NCBI RefSeq assembly: GCF_964355755.1 | Contig: NC_092677.1 | Span: forward strand, 23,113,175 to 23,177,174 | Source: Antedon mediterranea | Taxonomy: Eukaryota; Animalia; Echinodermata | Direction of reading: 5' to 3' | Length of the DNA stretch: 64,000 nucleotides | Part shown: positions 24,119 through 34,319 of the stretch, piece by piece | Position numbering within the stretch: position 1 is the first letter of the stretch | Layout of the letters: every line of letters starts with the position of its first letter | Made by a program: the position numbers and the translations under genes | The notes under the pieces: generated by a model | The model's input: the letters and a program-made list of their open reading frames with translations, nothing else | Told to the model about the DNA's origin: nothing | Database searches by the model: none

Positions 24119-24906
24119 ATGTGAACATTGTGGAAAGAAATTTAAACAAAATCATCATTTGAAAATTCATATTTTCAGAAAACACCATGATTGAGAGTTG
24201 TATGTATTGCAATTTTATTCAATACTGTTGGTGTATTGGTACTAGGTGTGACTAATGGTATACTTTCATAAAGGTGACACTACAACATTTATTTATAATA
24301 TTATAATGTCTATCTATAATTACCACAATGATGACTAAGACGTACTCCAAAAGGGCAGGGAAAAACGCTTTCCTTGCTAATCAGTAGAATTTATTATTAC
24401 TTTATCTTACACATGTTGAATCTATATTACAGCAAAATACATGTTTAGGCCTAGAATTTCTTTTTATGTCTTTAATAATGTTTTGTTGTTTTTTTGCTTC
24501 TTGATATACTTTTGTGTTTTTATACCTTATTCATTCAACTCATGTATGTTGTTAATAGTAGGCCTACTAAGTAATTTTATTTATTATTGTATCTATTTGT
24601 TTTTATTTCAACAATATTTTACGAGAGTGGTCCATCCCGCCAAAGCTGATCACTAGGACACTCACAAAAATACCAAATGACGAGACATACATGTGACAAT
24701 AAAAATTTAATTAAATTAACTGTGTAATTTATAAAGATAAACAAAATAAAACAAAGCACAACAAAATGTTAAATTGTAGTGTTGTGATGTAGGTTAAATA
24801 TTGTACTTTTGTAATTCTTTTTTCTTAGTTTAAGTGAACGCACATTTGTTTATAAGTGTGCCGCTGATATAAAAGCGTACGTTCAATACATTATTGTTAC
24901 CACCAG

Positions 24907-25607
24907 TTTTTAGTCGCGTGGAAGCGACTCTATAGTTCACTATGTCGGTCGGTTGGTCGGTCTGTCTGTCTGTCTGTCGGTCTGTCTGTCGGTCCGGTAT
25001 CACTATGCGTTTTATCGCTTTCTGACCTTATCTTGATATCAGTTTAATCTAGCTAGGTCAATTTTTCACAGTATATTCCTTATGGCCAGGAATCAATGTG
25101 GTTATGTTTTTACGGTGCGCAATAAAAAATTACGCGGTCTACGCACGATTTAACGAAATCACGTTTGTAATCATATCTTCACAACCATGAATCACAATTA
25201 AATAAAATTTGGTACTCATAAATTTCAGGGCATAAATCATCATATGACAATACAATTACGTGCGTAGCGCATGTAACGCATGCGTACGCGCGCTTAAAAT
25301 TTTCAAAATTTATTTTCGATGAAATAAGAGTACATTTCAGGCAATTTTAAGCGTTTACAAAATTGCCATGAGTGCGCATATTTTTGCGCGCGCACTGCGC
25401 GTTAAATGTTTTTGCGTACTCTTTTTGCCCGATTTCTGTTTTCTTGACTTACTTTTCAACTCGAAATTACGTTATACGAGCACGTCGAAAGTGACAGGCT
25501 ACGCAAGTGTAAATAAAAAAAATATAAATGTTTTTAAACATTTCAACATTTTTAAACATGTTCAGTAATTTCGGTCAGTATAGTTCACTATGTCGGTCGG
25601 TCGGTCG

Positions 25608-25638
<31 letters not shown>

Positions 25639-25733
25639 GGTCTGTCGGTCTGTCTGTCGGTCTGTCGGTCTGTCTGTCGGTCCGGTATCACTATGCATTG
25701 TAGCACGCGACTTAATTGCTGTTGGCCTTGTTT
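24907..25733 (+). mobile_element. DINE-1/HINE-like non-autonomous Helentron element
   Basis: T-run start; subterminal inverted repeat agtcgcgtg (24912) / cacgcgact (25704); GTCT/GTCG microsatellites; ggccttgttt end; head duplicated at 25579. Confidence 0.7.
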
Positions 25734-25815
25734 ACCGCTGAAATCACTATGTATTCGAGAACCATCTGTGGGCACGACCTAGAGGGTACGCGAGCGAAGC
25801 GAGCGTACCGTCTAG
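25734..25815 (+). mobile_element. Helitron family-A 3' terminus
   Basis: Hairpin ctagagggtacgc-gagcgaagcga-gcgtaccgtctag ending CTAG|T; reverse complement of 44530-44600. Confidence 0.8.
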
Positions 25816-26940
25816 TATTTTTATATTACATCTAACAGTACGAACATTCACAGTAAGAAATACTCGATTCAAATGAGGACCAAAAATAGTTAATAGGTAT
25901 TTACAGTATTGTTCAAGTTTATTCTCAAATGGCCCATATATTTACCTACCGTATGTGTTAAACCAAGGGATCATAAATTTACCTACTTGTGTTAAACCAA
26001 ACTCTGGCAGACTGAGAGATTGGGATGTTCCATTCATCGCAAATCAATACATTTGTATATAATCGTATATTAAATCTATCAAAATAGTATTTTTTAAGAA
26101 AATCGGCCTGTCTTCAACATTATGATGCTGTACTCTAGCTGTTCAACCGGTTTTCAGCTATTAAAAACAATTATCGTAGGAGGAAATAGGAAAATGCGAA
26201 GCGTCCTCGTATTTTTGTGTGCGGGTATTTTTCAAGATTAGACAGTGTATACCACTACGATCGGAAAACACCCCTATTTGGGGCAAATCGTTGAACCTAA
26301 ATTCGTTTTAATCGTCAATAACTAATTATCTAACTTAATTTAATTAGTAAACAGGGTTACATCAGGTGGTTAAAATCAGTACCGAAAGTACAAACCAACT
26401 TTATATACCATCGAGTTAAAATTCTAGAAGTAAGGCGCGATTTACCGAATTTTGCCCCCTAATTATCTAACTTAATTTAATTAGTAAACAGGGTTACATC
26501 AGGTGGTTAAAATCAGTACCGAAAGTAACAAGCACGAATGTGCAATACTCGGGGTACAGCGAAAGAAGCTGTAATGACGTCATAAGACCGGATGTAACGT
26601 CACATACACATCAATAACCGCGCTACCAAATACGGCTATACGGTACCATCTTCGAGACGTGATATGGCTGCATCCGGTTTGAAATTAAAAATTCCGGCTC
26701 TATAGCTTTGAGGACATGTCCCTGTAGTATATTCATGCTAAATCTGAGCTCAATACTACAACGAATAAGGGAGGAGTAGTACTTTATAAATCGCACTTTT
26801 TGTTCAATGGTGTCCGGATGGAAGAAGAAGAGGAAAAGATGAGAGAGTCCTAGACTCAGGTACCCCGAGTAATAAAACGAGATATACTCTATATCATATT
26901 ACGTATACAGTATATTTCACCATAAAGTTAAAGAAAAATA

Positions 26941-27011
26941 GGTTTTGCCAGGGCTCTAACCGGGACCTTCTGCGTGTTAAGCAGACTTGACAACCACTAC
27001 ACTACGAATCC
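26941..27011 (-). pseudogene. tRNA-Val(AAC)-derived pseudocopy 1
   Basis: Minus strand GGATTCGTAGTGTAGTGGTT..TCTGC-TTAACAC-GCAGA..; B-box mutated. Confidence 0.75.
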
Positions 27012-27226
27012 TCTTACACTAAAATTGTGGGTTACAGAAAGTTTTTTAATCCATTTAAATTACAAATAAATATGGTAATAAGCACAAAGCAAAATAAACA
27101 TGTGTAAAAGTGATAATTACCGATTTCACAAAATAAGTATTTAAAAAAATAATAAAAATATGATATACTGTGTATAATTATCATATTGCGTATACAGTAC
27201 TTTTCACCATAAAGTTTAAAAAAAAA

Positions 27227-27298
27227 GGTTTCGCCCGGGCTCGAACCAGGTACCTTCAGCGTGTTAAGCACACGTGATAACCACTACGCCAAGAAGCC
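27227..27298 (-). pseudogene. tRNA-Val(AAC)-derived pseudocopy 2
   Basis: A box and GGTTCGAGCCC B box intact, followed by a T-run; acceptor and anticodon stems mismatched. Confidence 0.75.
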
Positions 27299-27451
27299 GC
27301 ATATAACTACATAACGCTGTGGTGTGTGTCACACATTGTGGCTTCTTAATTAAACAAATTAATTAACAAACAAGCACGAATGTGCAATACTCTGGGTACA
27401 GCGAAAGAAGCTGTATACAGACGTAAACAGTTAGAAAGTTAAAGAAAAATA

Positions 27452-27522
27452 GGTTTCGCCAGGGCGAGAACCGGGACCTTCTGCGTGTTAAGCAGACTTG
27501 ACAACCACTACACTACGAAACC
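27452..27522 (-). pseudogene. tRNA-Val(AAC)-derived pseudocopy 3
   Basis: Perfect acceptor (GGTTTCG/CGAAACC) and anticodon stems, but T-loop reads GGTTCTCG. Confidence 0.75.
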
Positions 27523-27732
27523 TCTTACATTGAAATTGTGGGTTACAGAAAGTTTTTTAATCCATTTAAATTACAAATAAATGGTAATAAGCACAAAGCA
27601 AAATAAACATGTGTAAAAGTGATAATTACCGATTACACAAAATAAGTATTTAAAAAAATAATAATAAGATATACTGTGTATAATTATCATATTGCGTATA
27701 CAGTACTTTTCACCATAAAGTTTAAAAAAAAA

Positions 27733-27804
27733 GGTTTAGCCCGGGCTCGAACCAGGTACCTTCTGCGTGTTAAGCAAACGTGATAACCACTACGCCAAGA
27801 AGCC
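27733..27804 (-). pseudogene. tRNA-Val(AAC)-derived pseudocopy 4
   Basis: Duplicate of copy 2; anticodon stem pairs, acceptor stem mismatched. Confidence 0.75.
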
Positions 27805-29269
27805 GCATATAACCATATTACTACATAACGCTGTGGTGTGTGTCACACATTGTGGATTCTTAATTAAACAAATTAATTAAAAATCCGGCTCTATAGCTTT
27901 GAGGACATGTCCCTGTAGTATGTTCATGCCAAATCCCAGCTCAATACTACAACTAATAAGGGAGGAGTAGTACTTTAAAAATCGCACTTTTTACTCAATA
28001 GTGTCCAGATGGTGGAGGAGAAAATGAGTAAGTACTAGACTCGGGTACCCCGAGTAAAAAGCACGAATGTGCGATACTCGGGGTACAGCAAATGAAGCTG
28101 TAATGACGTCATAAGACGGGATGTTACGTCACATACACATCAATAACCTACCAAATACGGCTATATGGTACCATCTTCGAGACGTCATATGGCTGCATTC
28201 GGTTTGAAATTTAAAAATCCGGCTCTATAGATTTGAGGACATGTCCCTGTAGTATATTCAGGCCAAATCCCAGCTCAATACTACAACTAATAAGGGAGGA
28301 GTAGTACTTTAAAAATCGCACTTTTTACTCAATAGTGTCCAGATGGAGGAGAAAATGAGTAAGTCCTAGACTCGGGTACCCCGAGCAAAAACCAACTTTA
28401 TATACCATTGAGTAAAAATTCTAGAAGTAAGGCGCGATTTACCGAATTTTGCCCTTACGTAAATTTATATATAGATAATCCATCAGCAGTGACGCAACTT
28501 CCGGGTTCCCAGTGTCCGCTCAAATCACTGTGGGCCTACTTACTACTTCCAGAACCGCGCGAAGATCAGATGTGTGTTTCAAAGCAAGATGCTCTTCCGA
28601 CATAGATAGGGCTTTATAAGGTATACATTTGCATTTGTTGATTTCCCTTAGGATAGTGATAGCATATGACGTTATGTGTGTGGTTTTAGTTTTCTGTAGA
28701 TTAGTTCCTTTCGTCTTATCCTGATATAATTATCGCTGTTGTCCGTGTCGTGTAGGCCTACACTGTGACGGAGGTAAAATACCAAGCAGTATATGCCGCA
28801 AGGGAAAGTAAGCTTTTGTTTCCCGAATAGACATTGTTTTCCGAATAGACATTGTTTTGTATATGACATGCAGGTTATCTGCCGCATATGGTAAGGGAAA
28901 GTACGGTACACTGTTTGTTTCCCGAATAGACAGTGTTTTTACACTAGTCTGATGGAGAGTAAGGTACTTGTCTCCATGCGTTTTCATTATTCATAATGAT
29001 AACAGTTTTAGTAATTATTAACATGTTGTGTCACACAGGTGGTGGCAAATGCTAGTCGTTGGTATCGAGGTATTCCATAGCTTTTCAGGTATTGAGGTAC
29101 AACAATTGCTTATTTTTAGCCGCAATCAGTTGGATCACAGTTTTTATTTGGTCTTTTTTAGTCTTTACAGAGACTATGATTGTCGGTTGGTTGGTCGGTC
29201 GGTAAACACTAACTCAAATTTGAGCACGCGACTGCAGCCATGTATATGGCCTTGTTAAAACATATAGGC

Positions 29270-29633
29270 CTTCTTCTTCTTCTTCTTCTTCTTCCAATTT
29301 AATGTAAACTTCAGACTTGAAGACTATAGCACTTTGTGAAGCGAGTGAGTTAGTTTTTTCGTAAAGACCAATTTGCACAGTGGCTGTGTGTGACGGTGGC
29401 TGTGTTTGTGTGGACTAGTACACCGGGGTAACCCCCTACTCGTCTCGAAAGATGTACTAGGTTCTTTAAAGTGCACATGAGCTATGTGTACACTGGACCT
29501 ACGGTTTATAGTCCTTATCCGAGAAGACTCGTTCTACCACCAGAACCATGGAGCGAGTGAGCCTCGAACCCTTGCCGATGTTATGGCTACGTAATTACGG
29601 TTCCACTGTCTTAACCGCTCGGCCACTCACTCA
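29270..29633 (-). mobile_element. tRNA-derived SINE with Deu/Nin central domain and (GAA)n tail
   Basis: Minus strand: A box TGGCCGAGCGG, B box GGTTCGAGG, core TCGGATAAGGACTATAAACCGTAGGTCC..GCACTTTAAAGAACC..GAGTAGGGG recalled as Deu/Nin-like, then (GAA)n. Confidence 0.75.
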
Positions 29634-30746
29634 CTATTTCCTCATTTCTCAAAACATAAAAATATTCATTAAAATTGTTTACTGGGGCTAGCTTACTTTG
29701 TTGCAAATTTAGTTTAAGGGTACGGTACTCAATAATATAAAACTTTGAAATTGGGTTCAGTATGACTTGATAGCTGTAAACCACACTACACAGATCAATC
29801 TAGATCTAGCAATCTGATTTATTCAAACTGCCCTTGGAAAACAATTACATTTTTTTTTTAGAATTGCATGCAAAAATCCAAACTATTTTACTTACTAATT
29901 CTTTTACTACAGTTATTCAACAATCTTTTCTCTACATTAATTACACAATAAATATATATTACTCTACTAATTACTATGACTACTTTCTTTTCTTCACATT
30001 CATTTATTAGTTGTTAATATTTTTTTTACAGCATTTCAATGAATTGAAGTAAATATACAGTACAATTCAATGCAAAGGTAACATTTCCAAGTGGCATACG
30101 TGAAACACAATAGAACACAAACAATTATCTGGCTCGTATCATTTGTTTACCCTTACATAGAATAGATAAGTTATTTAAATATTTTGTTTTAATCAGTAAT
30201 AGTTATGTGAAATGTTCCAATGCTACCCAGTTCAGATAAGCATGCCCCTAGAAACTCAGCTGACTTTATGCCTACTGTCTTATTCCACAACGCATCTAGT
30301 TAATTTACTCTTTATTTATCATATTGAAACTGATATTTTAGGGCCTCAATGAAACATAAATAACATAAACATAACTCTTATTGAATATTCAGTGGCAGTT
30401 AAATTGTAGTGTAGTTAAAATATTGTTAAAATTGTTGATTATGACAATGATTATGGTCATGCATATTATGTTTTTGTTTGTCACCAAATAATAAAGTGAC
30501 TCGCTCGTTAGTAACACTTTAGTAAATGATCACGGACAGGCATACCGATACTGAACCAGAAACTAGAAATTATCAATAAAAACTTATTTTATGACGCTGT
30601 AAACTCTCAGTAGTATTAGTACTACAGTTTTTCATCCTTGTGGTAGACAAGATATGTCTACCAGAAGGATGACAGACTGTACAGTACTATATTATAGTAG
30701 TGATAGCTTCTAGGATTTCACCAAACTTAAGCCAATTGACTTTTTT

Positions 30747-32332
30747 TTATTTGATTAGTACATGATATATTGGGTTTTCAATTTTTTTCACAAAGTAGCT
30801 ACCATCGTTATTAGCCAGGGAACACTCTTCTCTGGTATTAGTATTATGCCTATAATTTTCTACATTATCATTATCTGAATCAATAAAATCACTCCAATCT
30901 TCATGTTCGTCATAATCATTTTTTCCTTCTTGATCAGATTTTGTGTCATTTTCCTCGTCAATGTTGCCATAAATTTGATCACTTTTGGTTAATGTAGTAC
31001 TAGGCACGTTTCCATATAATTGGTCTAAACCAGTATTGATGTATGTGCATTGTTTGATGTCAGTGATGATATCCGTGTGTTCATTATCTTTTACAACATC
31101 TTTTAAATAGATGTGATATGCCCCTCGTTTGTTTTTAATTCTTCGACGGTGACACCCAATACAACATCCTAAAGTGATCACTACAGCAATACATAGTGTA
31201 TCAGTACTAGAGTAACGATCTTTAATTCATTACTGGAAAGAATGTTTCCAAATGGAGGAGCCAGCGATGGTTCCAATGTTGTGGCGATAGATGATGATGA
31301 CATTGTAGAAGTAAAAACACTATTTGATGCATCAACCTCTGTGAAAAGTGTATAATATTCTGACACTGTATCAGACGCATCGATTCCTGACACTGTTAAA
31401 GTGTGACTAACGGTGTCGGTGGCCTTTTTTTTTGTAGGAGTAGCTGATACTATTCGTAGCTTAAGCCATCCACTAGATATATTATGAGTTTCATTGTTTG
31501 CATTGCACCGAATCAGAAGGCCATTGTCGTTTTCCTGTACATCACCTATCTGTAGAGACCTATCACTTACAGTAAAGCGTTCTTCACTTGATGAAATCTC
31601 TCTTCCATTATATGTCCAGCTAGAAATATTCCATGATCGTGGGCAATGACAGTCACATGTAAACATAGCATCATCATCTATAACTAGCAAACCAGTATAC
31701 CCATGTTGTACTACACAACTATTATCAATCTCACACGTTCTGCTTTGCACACCAAGGCTGTTATTAACGTAGCATCGGAATATTTTTGCGACGTCTTCTC
31801 TATCAGTTCTGCATGGCAATAGAACGTCTTCATGAGTCCAGTAGACATTATCTCCTTTTATGTTTGAAGCACAACTATTTGTTGCTTTTTTGATTCCACT
31901 CTGAATGTAACATAACGGATCCACGGCTGGTGCATCTACTCGTAGTTTAGCTATATTCGAGCTGGCTATTACACTTGTTGCTGTTCCATTATCAATTTCA
32001 CAATAATATTCACCGGCATCTCCATACAACACAGGGGTTATGGATAAAATATAATTCAACTTAGTTTGGTTGACAGCATATCGATTTTTAATTTCCTCCC
32101 GCACCGTATTGCCGAAGGTAATTCTCGTGTAATCCATTTCATCCTTAAGTTTACGACGCCATTGTATTCTATAGTTGAATTATTCATCAAAAGATGAGTC
32201 GATCCCACACAAAAAGGTAACATTTTCACCTTCAGACACATTTGCATTCTGTGGATGATGAATGATCTGTAGTGCATTAAGTCTGCAGATTACAACACTC
32301 ACGATAAGAGTAACAACTGAATTCATCGTCAT
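30747..32332 (-). pseudogene. Intronless Ig-superfamily type I membrane receptor, disrupted
   Basis: Signal peptide MTMNSVVTLIVSVVICRLNA; Ig-V (C..W..DAGEYYC); further Ig (W..DNGLLIRC); S/T stalk; TM; Tyr-rich tail. In-frame TAA at 32180-32182 and a 1-bp frameshift near 31197 in the TM. Confidence 0.8.
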
Positions 32333-32924
32333 CGTGATTTCATCCTTTCATAACGTCAATTTAATCGTATCTCCCCTGTACTTCAGAGAAACAACAGAAG
32401 GAAAAGTTTGGGCCTAAAATTAATGTAAAGTTGATAATAACGATTGATCAATTGGCTTGTTCAATGCGGAAATGTGTTACGTGAAAGTCGTTTCACTTTT
32501 TATCTGATGAAGTTATGAAACCAAAACGATAATTAATAATGACGTTTCTTTCAATCGAAATCGCATCACTCGTCGTTTGGAGATCAAGCTTTGTCGGTTG
32601 CTGCTCCGCTTGCTTTGGAATAGGCCTACTGTTTCTGAACGTATCAGGTACGGTACCGTATCTCATGTAATTAATTATTTTTAAAAAACATTAAAGGCCA
32701 TTTATATTGATCATACATTCCAATAATTATAGATTCCCATATGTTTCATAATTTTTGGGATTTTATTTGTGTTACACAAGCTTTTGCCAAATTTTGTATT
32801 TGAACATTTTTTCGTCTAGATTTCTATTACAAATATTTGATTTATGTAAAATAAACCAGATATTATGTTTAAAATTCATGCCTGAGGCATATGAAATGAA
32901 TGGATAAATAAAAGAAATTAGATA

Positions 32925-33585
32925 ATACCTCAGCATGTGGTTGCTAGCACCTTAATCAATGTTAGTGGATATGTACAGTACCCCTGTATGTTTGTGTGTT
33001 TGTGTGTTTGTGTGGGTGGGTGTGTGTGTGTCTGTGAACAGCCTGGAGGCCACAGTTTTTATCCGTTTCTCACCAAATTTGGACACAATGATCTATGCCT
33101 CAAAAGCTCGAAGTTGAGGGGAAAAGGTAATAGGTCAAGGTCACAACTAACAAAAAACTATATTACTGCCTAGAGACCACAGTTTTTATCCTATTCTCAC
33201 TAAACTTAGCCACAATGATCAATGACTCATCATATAATTGTGGTTAAATTTTGAAGGGTCAGGGTCAAAAATCAAGGTCCACAAAAAAAAAAATAAAAAA
33301 TAAATAAATAAAAAAAAAAAAAAAAAAAAACCTCAGTGGGACTTGAACCAGCGATCTCAACTGTGAGAGGCTGGATACATAACCATTACACCAAACTCTC
33401 ATCCACAACTTTGTAGTGTGCAGTTAGCCTATTTGCACTTAGAACTAATAAAAAATGTCAAAAAAAAAAACATTTTCGGGGGGAATTTGAAAAAAAAATA
33501 AAAAAATATATATTTTCCGGTGACATTTTATGTAGAAAAATTTTACAGTAGGCGGAGGTTTGTACTCTCGGAGTACCCTCTAGTT
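32925..33585 (+). mobile_element. Non-autonomous Helentron/Helitron2-like element with internal tRNA-like segment
   Basis: tacctc start, GT microsatellite, aaggtcaaggtca motifs, end ggcggaggt..ctctagtt; 33331-33393 on the minus strand has A/B boxes and a CTC-anticodon-like loop. Confidence 0.6.
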
Positions 33586-33966
33586 ATTATTATTATTATT
33601 ATTGTTATTATTATTATTATTTGTCTTTCATTCTCCCATTTTTCATTTAATTTATTCATCGTACCCAAAAGAATGTTTACAAGTTTCATTGATTATCAAA
33701 ACAAAATTCTCTTCAACAAGATAACCTTCGCACACAACCGGGTACGATCAAAAGACTCTTCATGCTTTCGAGTTCAAACCTAGTGTCTAGTTACCTTGGG
33801 GTTAGGGGTTAGAGAGAAATAGAGCGAGTTGGCCATCACAATAATCGTCTACTGTGTCCTAACAATGTTAACCATTCTTTCCATTTATTTTGTTCATAAG
33901 TTGAAACTGTTATTATTATTATTATTTGTCTTTCATTCTCCCATTTTTCATTTCATTTATTTATCG

Positions 33967-34063
33967 TACTGTTAGAGCCCTACAGTTACTAGTCCTGTAC
34001 ATTACAATTACAACAGTAGTAATTGTAATGTACAGGACTAGTAACTGTAGGGCTCTAACAGTA
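33967..34063. mobile_element. Perfect palindromic mini-MITE (45-bp arms including TA flanks, 7-nt loop)
   Basis: 33967-34011 is the exact reverse complement of 34019-34063; absent from the paralogous direct repeat at ~33660. Confidence 0.85.
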
Positions 34064-34319
34064 TTTTACAAAAGAATGTTTACAAGTTTCATTATTTATC
34101 AAAACAAAATTCTCTTCAACAGGTATAATCTTCGCACACAACCGGGTACGACCTCAAACCGAGTATTGAGTTATCTCGATGTTAGGGGTTAGTGTTAGTT
34201 TAGGGTTTTTTGAAACCATTATGCTAATTATTTTGCCCAAAATGTTAATTAAAATGATACGAATTCTTACTAATATGACGTATGACCTAACTTTATGTAA
34301 TTCCATTGTCAATCTTTAG

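Larger units (their letters stand above)
26527..28390. mobile_element. Tandemly rearranged ~345-bp non-autonomous element (Helentron-like) with tRNA pseudocopies between units
   Basis: aacaagcacgaatgtgcaatactcggggtac...ctcgggtaccccgag units start at 26527, 27370 (split) and 28059; subterminal inverted repeat actcggggtac/gtaccccgagt. Confidence 0.55.
25816..28475 (-). mobile_element. Helitron family-A 5' portion, interrupted at 26527-28390
   Basis: Matches 46893-47566; the minus strand begins A|TCTATATATAAATTTACG at 28475. Confidence 0.75.

Noticed and set aside
26941-27804. Functional tRNA-Val gene cluster
   Set aside because: Every copy has a broken stem or T-loop and lies inside repeats.
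33795-34206. Telomere-like GGGTTAG motifs
   Set aside because: Only 2-3 degenerate units within a local duplicated repeat.
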